A DNA stretch of 64,000 nucleotides, from contig NMRA01000024.1 in assembly GCA_002633005.1 (NCBI GenBank), positions 999,248 to 1,063,247 on the forward strand, read 5' to 3'. This stretch comes from Phoronis australis (lineage: Eukaryota; Animalia; Phoronida). How positions within the stretch are numbered: the stretch's first letter is position 1; the number at the start of each line of letters is the position of its first letter. Of the stretch, positions 49,985 to 63,499 are shown piece by piece. Under the pieces are notes generated by a model, which searched no databases, was not told the DNA's origin, and saw only the letters and a list, made by a program, of their open reading frames with translations. A program made the position numbers and the translations under genes.

Positions 49985-51988
49985 TTTGAAAAGCCCTGTG
50001 GGTGCATACTGACGTCATCTCTGTCTGGATGTCCGGTGTTCCACGTCGGCAGCTGTGTCTCCTAAACCCCTTGTAGTATCGTAATGAGATTTGACAGGTG
50101 TGTTCCTATGAAGCTGATGACAGATGACAGTGACATTCGACCGATCCAACTGCCGCTATGCACCCTAGTTGTAATTTTAGTTGTTTACGATTGCCTATGT
50201 ATCTTCATAAATCTTGGATGTATTTTCATGAAATTTGGCAAATAAGTTTCAATTATGAAGTCGACGACACCTTTCCTTATTTGGACATCTTTGACAATTC
50301 TGCTCCACCTAGTGGTTATTTTTAAAAATTTTCGAGTTTGTTTTTTGGCATCTGCGTTTCTTTCTGCCAAACACTCGAAGGATCATTATGAAAATTGACT
50401 AGTATGTTTCTGATGAGGAGACTGCAGTTGATGTTGATTTTCGTGCATGTTTGACTACTCTGGCGTCCCCTAGTGGAAATTTTGTTTCATTTTGCATCCA
50501 TGGCTGTATCTCCTTAACCCTTTGCAAAATTTTTTGAAATTTGGCAGATGTGTTTCTAGCTGTGGTGACGTCAGAGGGTAGGCAACGGAATAGTCTCTGG
50601 CCATCCTCCATCCAGTATTGCACGCAATGTAAATTTGGAGATGCAACCAAGTTCGTGCTGATTACACACTCTTCGATCTTTTCCCCTGATACGAGTTTTT
50701 GATGCATCTCCGTATTGCCATCCTCGCTCTATGAGGCGCTTTGTTGTCCATCTCTCCTGCTGTTGTACAATCTCGGCATCTGTAAGCGATTCACGCACTC
50801 TTGAGGTTACATCTGCTGGTGTGAGGAGCAGGTCGGCAAGCGGTTCTGCGATGCCTGCAAGCTCATCCGCCTTGACGTTGAATGAGATGCCACAGTGTCC
50901 TGGCATATATTTCTATGGAGTTGACAACAGATGATGACGAGTTACAGCCCACTCCGTCGATTGGTGTGCCCCCTAGTGTCAATTTTTTTTTCATTTTCGT
51001 GTGTATCTTTGGAGCACATTGATGGATTTTCATGAGACTTCTCTAATTGGTGACAAGAATGTCTTTCCATTTTCGGACAGATTTCACATATTGTGCGCCT
51101 TCCAGTTTAAATTTTTAATAGTTTCAAGTACATTTTTGGCGTCCGCCTCTCTGTCCACCAAACTACTCGGAGTATCATTATGAAAATTGGCAGATGTGTT
51201 TCTGATGTCAAGGCCACTACTGTCATTGATATTTGGATGATTTCCAGTTCTTTGGCACCACCTAGTGGCATTTTTTTCCCTTTACAGCTGTGTCTGATTA
51301 ACCTTTTTAGGGTCTTTGTTAAATTTGGTGGACGTGCTCCTATGGGGCTGACAAAATTTTATGACACGTTTCAGACCCATTCGACTACCACTTTGACCCC
51401 CAGTGGCAGTTTTAGTTGTTTACGTTTGCCTCTGCGTTTTCGTGAAATTTGGCAAATGGGTTTTTATTAAGGAGGTGAGATAGTCTTCCATTTTTGTATG
51501 GATTTAATACATTTTTGCATCACCTAGTGGCTATTTTGCCTTTTTTGTTCTTGATAAGAAGACGTTGATATGTGAATGGATTTGACAACTGTGGTGCTTC
51601 CTGGTGGCAATTTTTGTCTTTTTTGCTTCCTCGGCTGTATCTCCTTACTCCTTTACGGATCTTTGTGAAATTTTGCAAGAATTAGTTTTATATTATGAAC
51701 GTGACTACGGCCACCTAAGACTTTTGGACAGTTATGATTACACTCTACCCCCTAGTGGCAATTTTAGTTTTTGGGTTTGCACGTTTATCTTCAGAATCCT
51801 TTGACAGTTTTTATTGAATTGTGGTAAACAAGTTTTTGTTATGATGGTAATATAGCATCTGTCCATTTTGGGATGGGTTTGACAATTCTGCGCCACCTAG
51901 TGTCCATTTTTTACACTTATAAACGCCAATAGAAGAACTTTGTGTTGCTGTCGTGGGCGCATTTCAAGGCTCTGCATTGCTCTTGTTT
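49985..51988. mobile_element. Helentron/HINE-like element with a central tandem array of about 140-160-bp units
   Basis: Degenerate (GTCC)-like start; repeated units atgaaatttggca...ccMcctagtgg; terminus gggcgcatttcaag...gcattgctcttgtt shared with 60592-60623. Confidence 0.65.
50571..50906 (-). pseudogene. Non-LTR retrotransposon RNase H C-terminal fragment inside the tandem array
   Basis: (Y)MPGHCGISFNVKADELAG matches the (W)xPGHxGIxxNxxADxLA RNase HI motif of RNase H-bearing LINEs (I/Ingi/Nimb/R1 groups). Confidence 0.75.
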
Positions 51989-53700
51989 AAAAATCTTGAG
52001 CCATGTCTGAAAACTCGAGCTTTGGTCTGAGGGTCACCACAGACAGATAGAACAAACTGAGCTATGGTCATCAAGTGGATATAGAATGTGAACATGGTGC
52101 TACTTGTCTTTCATAAAAAAATGACAAAACAGAAATTTTACTTGTCTGCGGTGTGCTATTGAGATATTACCATGGTGGAAAAAGGTTTAAATTCACTATT
52201 CTGCTTAGCTTTGTAACATGACATCTCGGCTTGTCGAAATGAACACGTTTAAACTATGTAGTTATTTCCTTATATTAAGGAGGCCATTTTGAATTTTTAA
52301 TACATCATTAGTTTGGAACACTTAGTTAAACTGTAGCCAAAGGCTTTAATTAACTTAGTTTTCATGACTTTCAATTTATTACTCTTTTGAAAGATGATTT
52401 TGGGATGAGCAGTACATTGCAATCCTAATTGTAATTCAGTCTAAAAATAGCCAGCACTGGCAGGACTGAAGAGTTGTGCAATTCAAGAAAATTTGATTTC
52501 AGAAAATTATCAGAAAAATTAGCCCACACCTTGATGTAATAATAGTCAGATTTCAGACACAGTCCACAATGGGTCTTCTTGTCTTACATTTTTATTCAAT
52601 GAAACTTATTAGATTTATTACATTAACCAAATGTAGATTTCAATTTTTGAACTGGTAAACTCAAATGTGTTGCAGATATTTTTTATTACACCTGTAGTAG
52701 TTATTGTTACCATAGTGATTACAAACTCTGACCGATTTGGCAAAAAAATAATTGCCAAAATGAACCTTTTTTATTTTCAGAAGGTTTACTTCCAACACTG
52801 TTGTGAATGACCGCGAAACATGATCTGTTTGGAGCTATGGTGTTGGACTTGAACATGAAACTTAGTGTTTACAAATTGTCTTTTATTAGGAAATTGAAAA
52901 AAAAATGTTAATTTCATTGTCTGCCATTTTGTTTCTAAAATTGTATTTAAAATGTATTTTCTGAAAAGCCATAAACTTTGTGATCTGTGAAATGTATAAA
53001 CATCCTGGAGGTTAAATTTATGTTAACTCTCAGATTATTTTAAAACTTCACCAATTTTGGACAACTGAAAGCTAGTTGATGTTTTCGTTTTTTAAGGGCT
53101 TCTACCATTGCTGTGAATATTCCCATTTTTTCAAAACTTTGTCTGTTGGTGGTTGTGGTGGAATTCTTGAACTTGGTCAAGCTTTTACAATTTTGGTGCT
53201 GCCTTTGTTTCATGGAAAAAATGATAAAATTTCAGTTGTCAGCCATGCTATGTCTTAACTCAGTGAGATTTTGTCACAGTTATTGGCTACCTTACAATGT
53301 AAAGCGCAAATTATTTTCTTTTTATTTTTGTTCTCCTTTTTGCATTTTTAAAAAACTATCCTGGTTTTTGCTCATGTAGTTTTTTTGCACAGTGGATTCT
53401 TGCTTACATTCGTTAAAAAGATGGAAGTTTAAGATATTTAAACATTATCCTTGATTTATCTTTTTGTAAGACAAGTTTATGATAGGGCAAGTGGGGTGTG
53501 TGTCAACATTTAGCATTTTCAATGTTTGGTATTCCCTGTATTAAATAAGGATTTTGTGGTAGACCAATTGCGTTTCAAGAAATTATGAATCATTCTTTCA
53601 AAACGTAGTTAGTTAATTGGAGCTTGAAATTCTGAAACATAACAAGCGGTAAAGATAATCCTATTGAACTGATAACGGAGGGACTTTGAAAAGTCACCAT

Positions 53701-54000
53701 TACCGTAAAAATCCTCCAGTTTGGGACACGGAAAATTTAATTATTGTGCAGATCTTTTACCAAGTTTAAGAAATAGGCAATGGTGGCTGGCCCAAATTCA
53801 AGAATTATGAGAAAAAATTGTGTTGACCCTTTTTGAACAATTTTATTCCAGACATTGTTGATACAAAATGTAGTGTCCAATATTTGGGAAATAGATAAAC
53901 GTCAAAATTGCCCACGTCCCAATCTTTAGAATCGAGAAAATTAAATTCTGTCTTGAGTTTCAGTGTCCCAAATTATCGCGACTGTCCTAATCTGGAGATT
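53701..54000 (+). mobile_element. Tc1/mariner-like MITE family, copy 2
   Basis: Starts TA|CCGTAAAAATCCTCCAGTTTGGGACAC; homologous to 43829-44200. Confidence 0.6.
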
Positions 54001-54817
54001 ATCAAATGAGCTATGACCAACCTTTTGTGTTGAATATGATAAATTTGAGTTGGCTTTGATTGTTTATTGGTTGAGGTACCTGACAATTCTCTCACTCAAA
54101 ACTGACAAGGCCTTGTGACACCACCCACTTCCTACTCAATCCTAAAAGTCTGGTGTGGTGTCCAATAGAGAACAAGAGATCTGGTTTGCACTGATTAATC
54201 TCTTTTTAAGATGCTGGAAGAATGTGACTTCATTACATGAAGTAGGTTGTTTCAGTTCTCATAGAATAAGACTATACTTTGGGGTGGTGATGAAGAGCAA
54301 GCTCTCTTATGTAGAACCAAACATCTACAAACCAAAGATCTTAGCTCAATAAAAGTATATATTTTTGAAGGAAATCTGAAGAAGAACCAGTCTATCATTA
54401 ATCGGTCACATAACTTTTTAGCTGAATTTAAAAAAGAGAAAAATAGAAAAACAACAGAATCGATAACATGACCAAATTTCGTTCATCTAAGATAAAATCT
54501 CAAAAACGCTGTTACAGTTTGCCAAAATATCATTTTGTTCTCGTTTATGCAATGAGCTATACGCTCATTGTTTATGCAACTTAATACTTTTTCATGAAAA
54601 TCAAACAATTCTTGTTTTTGATAGCTCCTCATACATGTTTAAAATCAACAATGCTTTGGGGAACGGCACAAAAAATAGTATCTTAAGTTTAATGTGAATC
54701 CAATCAGCCATGTCAGAGATATGATGTTCCGAAGCTTGTCAAATTTGTGCATTTTTAGTGTCCTACTCTTATGTAATCTTAATAGGGTTAACCTCATTGT
54801 CATGAGCAGTGTGGTTT

Positions 54818-54980
54818 ACAGTAGAGTATCCTGTCTACAGTAGAGAACTGGACTGTCTACAGCAGAGAGCAGGCTGTTAACTGTAGAGAGCTGGACTGTC
54901 TTCAATAGAGAGCTGGACTGTTTATACGGTAGTAGAGGACTGGACTGTCCACAGTAGGGAGCTGGACTGTCAACAGTAGA
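54818..54980. repeat. Minisatellite of about 7 units of 21-24 bp
   Basis: Consensus agtagagagctggactgtctac. Confidence 0.85.
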
Positions 54981-55080
54981 TGCAAGAATTTTGCGAGTAA
55001 ACCTCGTGTGGTCACGTGTTTCACTTGCCATACATAGCGATATTTCCCAAAGTCTTGCATTGTCTTACACTTGCCTTTAT

Positions 55081-55190
55081 GGCAATAGTCGGATATAACA
55101 TGCCTGTATTGTGAGAACCTGTTTGATGCCTGTTATTCAGTGGAGAAAACTGGTTCTCAAAATTCGGGCATGTTATATTCTAGCATTACC
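55081..55190. repeat. Short palindromic dispersed element, copy 2
   Basis: atataacatgcc...gagaacc.gtttgatgcc..ttattcagtggag.aaactggttctc...ggcatgttatat. Confidence 0.8.
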
Positions 55191-58100
55191 TGTCTTGAGT
55201 CCTACATAACATTATTAAGCAAAGATTAAGGTCATGCATTATGAAAAAATGTCTAAATTTGGAACATCATATCTCAAAAATTGGACTGCGGGAATTGTCA
55301 TGAAAAATTTCAAAGTTGCGAAAAAGAAAGGATAATTTAGAATTCTGAGTCAGTTATTTTGAGATTTACTAAAATTACAGGTGAATTCAGGCATGTTTTT
55401 TATTTCATAGTTTTGCTGTCAATTCAATTCACCTTTCTATTTTGCTGAATAGTACATGTCGTCAAAAACCAATATCCCTAAACTTATACAGTAAAATGTC
55501 ACCAATTTGGGACAAAAATAATTGCTACGGTTGTCGTTTTGATTTCAAGGGCTTTTAATATTGGTGTGAATGCTCATTCTCAAAACGTCAGATTTAGCTA
55601 TGGTACCCAAGTATAAATGAATGCAAATGAGAAAACAAAATTTCATTTGTGTGCTAAGTTGACGAGACTTCACTGTAGTAATGTTGAGTTTGCTGTGCTA
55701 CCCTTCAACTTTTTCCATTTGGGTTGCAGTGCTTGCTTTGGCATATTTTTTTCAAATGCTTCGTATTAATAATTTCAAGCAATTGTATATTAAGTGACTT
55801 TTATAGTACCCACAGGTAATGACTGATTTGTGGGTCACTCAAAGTTTAAAAAACCAGTGGCTATTGTATGAACTTGGATAATCCATTGAATACGGACATA
55901 CTTTCCTCCGGCCATATTAACACATTTTTGCGTGTTGTTCACAGGTCTGTACACTAAGGTTAGTTTGCGTACTTATCGGATTTTAAATGTAGCCTGAAAT
56001 TGACCGATCACGCACAATTCTGCATTATCTGCGCTTAGTTTTCTCGTTTATTTGTACAAATTGCTTTTTGTTACTGTTGGTCATTCAATACACTTGAAAA
56101 AACATTGCTGGCCATTCAGGGAATTGATTGTATTGATCTCATAGCCATGCTATGATTATTTACATAAAAAATGCCCACCAATCTACAGTGAAAACGGCCA
56201 GTGGCGTTGAATGACAATTTACGCCAAGGACAATGGCAAAGAAATGTTATTGTCCGACAGTCAAAAGTGTAGTTAAACGTGCTGCATTCCCCTTATCTGT
56301 TGGAGCACTGTTTTAGATCGGAGTCATACAATATCGTGATGTCCTCTAGTGGGCTACAATAGCCGCCAGTGACAGCCACGGTATTATCTAGAGCGTAGGC
56401 CACGGTGAGTGAGTGGGTGTTTCAATTTTCTGGTCACAGCCTGACTATTGTTTCCAGTTTTTGCACCCGGATTATGGCAAGTATCAATCACGTCATTTAT
56501 TTAAAACCGAGCACATCTAATGAGAAGTGAGTAAACAGTTGATAGCAAAGTGAGAAATGACTGGTGACTCAGTGACATGGCCCACGCTGTTTTAATTGAT
56601 GCAGGCCCTTTGAAGGGTTTACTAAAAAGCAATAAGAGTCTATAAGGGTATGCTGGCTCTCCCTGAAATTAAAATGTGTTCAATAAACCATTTTCTAATT
56701 CGCCGAATTCAAGATTACGGATGACAGTTATGGTGGTATAATTTGTTCCTTAATCGTTATCGACAAACAAGTATGTGTAAAATAGTCCAGTACTTCAGAC
56801 TACAAACCGTGCAAAATGTGCACGTGAACCGCACTCACTTGCATTGAGAAGTCTCGGCTTGTGATACTGTGAGCTTAACTGCATTATTCAATAGTCGTGC
56901 ATCGCGCTGTCATTTCAGTGGAATGCGTGATCTTGCTTTTCTCGCTAAAAACTTGATTTTCGGAACACCGGCTTTCTAGTTTACAATAGTACCGTATGGA
57001 CTGAGATTGTCAACTTTTAGCCTCACTTCAGGTAATTTGTCATTGTCAGCGCTGAGCTGGAATGGTACCAACTGCGTAACCCACAAGGCCTCAAATGTAT
57101 GGGTGAATTTAGTGGGCCTATGGGTAACATGTTTGGTGTTTTCTATGATTTGAGACTTTTTGAAGGGCAACATGTTAATGTGTCTACTACCTCTTTCTGT
57201 TGAATGAAAGTAGTTGATACTAAGGGCATAGACACGTGAGCCTTTTGTTTTTGTTTTTGTTTTGTCGCTGATTGTCTTAACTTGTTATGTTTTCTTGAAA
57301 TTTTACGCAAAATTTCTTGCCCATTAGCATCGTCACACAGAGCATGATGTCGAAAGTTTCCCTTGGCAATATGACATTTAACTTTGAAATGTCACATTCT
57401 AACATATTATTAAAGCTGTTCAAAATCTTTTAAAAACTTAAAAATAATATTTTTGGTTTCAGATAATCAAATCTCCTGTTGATGCTTAACAGTTGATTTT
57501 TAATGCTTGATAAGATCAATTGGGGATATTTTTAGTAGTGACCTTTGACATTTTGTTATTTAGGCACTAGGCTCTGTTTATGAGTTGGTCTTATTGGTCA
57601 GGAAATGTCACAGATATTTGAAACTAAATATATTCAGTTGACATTTATGCTTTTTACAAACAGATTATTATTAGATCATAATATTTATTGTTAGAAATTG
57701 AAAACCACTTATGTTCTTCACCGATATTGATGTGCAGTTAAATTTCCAGTAAGTAGCATGGGGATTTGCACACATTTTTATATTTTTGTTTTTATTTTTA
57801 TTTTTGTTTCTAGTAATCATTTGAGAAGGACTTTACCTTCTAATGTGACAAATATGCCAGCAAAAGTAAGTGTTGGTTTATTATGCAACAGGATGAGCAC
57901 TGCCTTACTGTCCCTTGGTAAAATTGTGATTATTTGGCAGTAAGCTGGTCAGCCTAGAAAACTCAGAAGAGGTTCAATTTGAACATCAGTAGTTTCGTGC
58001 ATAGTAGAGTTGGTCTGCCTTACCACCCCATAAGATATAATGTAGCCAATTCCAAATATTTGACATGCAATGTTAGCATTATGAGAAATTGAGAACCCAA

Positions 58101-59944
58101 AAGCAACGGTAACGTGGCTCAATTTCAACATGGATTTACAATAATTGATGGGGGCAAAAAGCAGTTTCCTTCATTCATGGGTATTTTGATATTGCACATT
58201 TTTGTGAGACTCAGTTCAATGTCCTGCTGCACAGCAATGGTCATTTCGTCACAAAAAACTTATTAAAAACACGATGGGATACGCCACTACATTAAATCCC
58301 TATTCAAAGACAAACTCTGACCGCCAACTATTCTTTGCCATCTAGTGACAAGGAACAATCCATCATGTCTCTGCTATATCCAAAAAAGGTTTCCAATATT
58401 ACTGTGAATGACCATATTTTTTCAAAATATATTGTGGATGGTAACTGTGATATAGAACATTGTAAACCAGTAATTTGGTATATCTGTCACTCAAAAATGC
58501 GTGAGAAATTTTTGTTCTAAGGTGGTGAGGTTTAGCCATTATCAGAACTCTGTTGCAATGCATAAACCCGGTATGTACCGGCAAATGTTTACCTCATGGT
58601 CTTCCAAGGACTAGACTTTTTGAAATAGACTCATTTCTATCAAGTCTGTTTCAAAGTTCTTCACTGTCTCGGCTAAATTCTGTACTGATATTCCTAGGGT
58701 TATAGGAATATCAGTAGAAATAAAATAAAATCTAGCCAATTTCTGACGAAAATAATTTCCAAAAATGCCACCTTTTCTGAGGGCTTCTAATATTATTGTG
58801 AATGCCCACAATTTTTTAAAACTGATAGTAACTGTGGGTTCTAAACTTGGACATGGAAAATCGTTTAATTTGATGCTGCATATGTTTCAGGAAAAAAATG
58901 ATAAAATGAAATTTCACTTGCCTTGTATACTGTGTCGTAAATTGATGAGATTTACGAGATCTCGAATAACTAATGAAGAGGGAAGTATAGACATTGGCAA
59001 AGTTGTTATTGTCATGTTTTTCAAGTTGTTGATTGTTACCATTGTTTCATTTATAAAATTGTTTTAAAGTCAGCGCAGACATTACGTTTTCTTGTCAAAA
59101 AGTCTCATAATTTTTTTGTCGGCGACAAGTTGTCATATTAATTGAACCAGGGTACTTGTTACTTAGATTTTTTTCTCGTGGCTGAGATGCCTCCCAGCAC
59201 CTCCATATATAGTTATGAAAATAGTTGATTGTTGATACTAGGAACTAGCATACGCCGTAGCGTGTACTTGTCTTGTCCAGCTCGAGTTTGATTTGCTCCC
59301 GTGCTCGAGCTTTCATTTGATTTCAACCTCGTTCATGACAAATAATCGGCACAGAGTGCACACAATGCAAGGCACTTATAAAATGTGTTTCGATCAAACA
59401 TGTTTGCTGTTCCAAGATAACTCGTGATTTTGTCACCGAGTTGTTGTCAATCAGCATGCTTGAAACAATTTTTTGTCGACGACATTTTGTCAGCTATGAA
59501 AAATCTTTCTGTGCACGTGCACTGGCCTTTAATCACGTTATGCTGTTCTATTTTTCATGTTAGTGAGCAACAACCATTATTTCTATGTCTGTAAACAAAT
59601 ACTATCTGATTGCATTTATAGAAAACAAGATGGCAACATGGTATAGCTCATCGTTCATTGCTGATGGATACTTAAATGTATAAGTACATTTACCTTTGCA
59701 TGGTTACAAGTTAGAATTGCATTTTGTGTATGAGATTTTTTAAAATAAATTTTGAATTGTATTACGTAGAGGCTATCAAAGTAATTTCAATAGTTACCAC
59801 ATGTTGTGTAGCAGATTAGTAAGCAGGTGCACTTAAACAAACTAAAATTATTATCCTTCTCCTGCATATAAAACCTAATGTTAAATGATGTGGAATATTT
59901 TCTATTTACGTTTGTCACCTTAGCAATCTGTTCCGGGTTCATTG

Positions 59945-60224
59945 CTATGATTCAAAGTGTGAATCCATGGAAGCGTACAGGGATCACTTTACAAAAACAT
60001 TATTATGCGTCAGTTGACCCACAGAACCTCAAATCTCCAGGCTAATTTAAAAGACATATAGGTCACCGAAAGATTTTCTGTCCTTTTTTGATTCAGCAAT
60101 GCGTGAATCTATTGAAGTGCACAGGGATCACTTTAGAAAAAAAAACAATGCTATGAGTCAATTGACCCACAGGACGCTAATTTAAAGGACGTATGGGTGA
60201 TGGTAGGATTTTCTGTCCTTTTTC
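59945..60224 (+). repeat. Tandem duplication of about 143 bp
   Basis: acagggatcacttta...ttgacccacag...gctaatttaaa...gattttctgtcctttt occurs twice. Confidence 0.8.
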
Positions 60225-60623
60225 AATTTGACTATTGTAGTGTCCCTCCTAGTGGCATTTTTTTCTCATGCATATCTGCATCTCTTCAACCTCTTACAAG
60301 ATCCTAACAGTATGACAAGTGTGGTCCTATGAATGTGGCATCATATATAGCACCTTTTTTCAGACAAATCTGACTACTGCTGTGCCTCATAGTGGGAGTT
60401 CTTTTTTACCTTTGCCTCTGTCTCTTAGTAGTTACTGGACGAATTTTCATGAAACTTGGCTTATAAGTTACTGCCAAAGAGTTGATGAGGCTTTAGTGTC
60501 TTCAGACGGTTTTGACGTATTCTGTTCAACCCAGTGGCCATTTTTGACTCTGATGAACTCTGTAGAAGCATGACGTTTGCGGTATTGTTATGGGAGCATT
60601 TCAAAACTTTGCGTTGCTCTTGT
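60225..60623. mobile_element. Truncated copy of the 49985-51988 HINE-like family
   Basis: Three units with ctcctagtgg, ctcatagtgg and acccagtgg, plus the same gcatttcaa...ttgctcttgt terminus. Confidence 0.6.
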
Positions 60624-61264
60624 AATATGTGTAATTTCATCCGTTACCTCAGTACATTAAGCCATCAGTGATTGGTCTAAATAGTTAACTGAATTTCAAT
60701 TGAACCAATGACAGAAATTCACAGTTGGGATCTGCATTTTCACAATATGCTCCACAACATATTGCTAACGTTGCTGTTTTGGTCCCTGACATTAATTTCG
60801 ATCAGCTGTTCTTCATTGTTATTACATTAGAATTTGAATACAATGCATTAGAATTTGAATGCAATGCCTATTAATGAAGGCAAAATCAGGCATCAAGTTG
60901 CAACTCAATTTTTGTGAGCCTTTTAGCTCAAGTGTCATGACAGACTTGACAGTGTGTTCATGGAAAATTGTAATGTGCCAATGAGGTGGGGCTCTCTCTT
61001 TGATGGTTGAAATTTTTGTAAACCCAGCTTAGGTGTGCTGTCTTGATGAACTATGAATTGTGAATTTGGAGATTTACAAAAGGCTTGTTAATTGGTACAT
61101 GGTAAATTCTCCCCTACTTAAGTCAAAAGATATTGTTTTTATCATTTTTCAAAGGCTTTGAATGCCCAGCAATTCTGGAAACGTCTGCTGGTAGCAATGA
61201 TGTATATAGAATAAAGCATTTATTTGGTATTACTTTTAAAACTTTTATTAAAAATAAAATTTCA

Positions 61265-61600
61265 TGACCACGACTATACAGTTGGTGTATTCTGTGACCA
61301 CGACTATACAGTTGGTGTATTCTATGACCACGACTATACAGTTGGTGTATTCTGTGACCACGACTATACAGTTGGTGTATTCTATGACCACGACTATACA
61401 GTTAGTGTATTCTGTGACCACGACTATACAGTTGGTGTATTCTATGACCACGACTATACAGTTGGTGTATTTTGTGACCATGACTATACAGTTGGTGTAT
61501 TTTGTGACCACATCTGTACAGTTGGTGTATTTTGTGACCACGACTATACAGTTGGTGTATTTTGTGACCATGACTATACAGTTGGTGTATTTTGTGACCA
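61265..61600. repeat. 30-bp minisatellite, about 11 copies
   Basis: tgaccacgactatacagttggtgtattctR repeated head-to-tail with no spacers. Confidence 0.97.
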
Positions 61601-62956
61601 GATTCGTCCTATATTAGTAACCTATTTCTCTAGTGCTGATTTCACACTGCTGATCTTGCAGCTGCAATAACATTTTACAAAAAAACACAAATAGACTTGA
61701 AAAAAGGAAAAAAATGGTAATCTGAACATGAGGCTATGATGCTTCGTATTAAGTGGCCATTATTTACTTTTGGGGATATGCGAAACTAATAATTGAAGCA
61801 TGCTGGTTGCCTGTGCATTGAAATGTGGGCATATTGACTGAAGATGTGTTGCAGATTATTTCCTTCTTTCGAAAAAAATGCATAGTAATTAAAACCTTTT
61901 TTGATATCAGTAGAAAATCTCTGAAAGCTCAAATTCCAATGCTTCACAGTAGGCCTTCTGATAATTTAATTACAGCTAATAGAACATTTTTAAACTTGTT
62001 CATTTTGCATTTTTGACTGACCCTTTATTTTTCAAGTGTGATGTTCTATATGTGTTTGGAACCATCTCCATGATTTCCAACAGTTTGTGTGGTTTCTCAA
62101 AGTGTTAAAGTATCTGATTTATAAGGTATTTTAAGGGGCAGAACCTTTTTATTTTCATATTACTTTTACCGTTGCGAAAGCGCAATGAACCCATCCAGTA
62201 CATGGTTTTATCATTTATAACTAGGAGCCCCAACCTATGTATTGAAAAATTAAAACAAAAGGTTCTTCCCCAAAACCAGTAACCAAAGCAATGGCTTTCA
62301 AATGTAGCGCCAAATGTTAAAGTTATATTGAATACTGCTTCAGCTGGTCTGAAGAAGCCAACTTCAAAGTCAGATAAAATAATAATGAATTAAGTGGTTT
62401 ATTGTGTGAAAAATAACGGTCACGGCTCCATTTTGATCGCCAGTAAACCAAAGAAAACAAAATGATCGGACAGGTTCGTTCAGCACTACACTGGTGTTGT
62501 AAATGTGGACTCTGACATAAACTGTATCATACATACTGAACATTTGTCATGGTATTATTTTGTTTATAGGATATTTAGAGCCACTAAGAAGTTGTTAGAC
62601 TAAGCTTGATGGACTTGTAGATAATCTTAAAAGTCAAAATAAGTAAAAAATGATAAATGTGTTTTTATTTTTGAAATGTACATTTGTATGCAATTGTTAC
62701 GAAATGTTTTCAAATTTAGTTGACAGTACTGTCATATATTTAGGCAAACGAATGTAGGTCACAAAAAATGTAATTATAACGTGAAAAAAAGATAAAACCA
62801 AATAAACTGCAGAAAATCCCAAAATTGCAAATTTGTGAAAACTTGCCAATCTTTAGACCATAGGGTTCCATTTACACAATCCAACTGGCAACAGTCATTG
62901 AATCAAATCTTTGCGTAAGCAGGGTTAAAAGGCTCTTAGGTACTAATACCGAGGCC

Positions 62957-63350
62957 TCGATGTTTTGGGGAGTTCAAGTGTCAGCATGAACGGTTAATTT
63001 GCATCGAAGTTAACAGCTCCAGTTAACTTCACAGTTGCAGTAAACTGGTGTATTTAACAATGGAGTGTCGATGCTGCGGTGCTGTTTGAATGGTCAACTT
63101 CGGTCCCATTGAAGTTACCGCCAGGGGCCACTGGTATCGTCAACAATTAAAGGGCAGTGTCGTCACTATTGTTTTGCTGCAATAATCACCAATTGAATTA
63201 GAAATAAGTGTTATGCGAATTAGCACAAGTAAATGTTCCCAAACTGTCGCATTGAAAAAATCTTAGCGTGCACGCGATGCATCAGCGCTACCTTGCGATT
63301 ACTTCGATGACAGCAGCTTTACCTACCACTTAGTGTGATGTCTGTTAACT
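62957..63350 (+). repeat. Dispersed repeat of about 400 bp, copy 2
   Basis: Colinear with 18148-18550. Confidence 0.85.
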
Positions 63351-63499
63351 ATCCAAGCAGGTATGAACGGTTCAGTTAACTTCGCAGTTTATGTCGACGC
63401 TCAGCTCAGACCACAGTTAAGTCAGTATGAAAGGGCGTTTAGGTCGAATGGTCAGCAGGAAGGTGTCACTCCGTACAATAATTATCCCAAGCTCATGGT

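Noticed and set aside
54287-54379. Box C/D snoRNA (GTGATGA...CTGA)
   Set aside because: No terminal stem and no recognisable rRNA or snRNA guide.
61224-61670. DHDYTVGVFC repeat protein or CRISPR
   Set aside because: Spacerless 30-bp tandem repeat that is open in several frames; no start or splice context.
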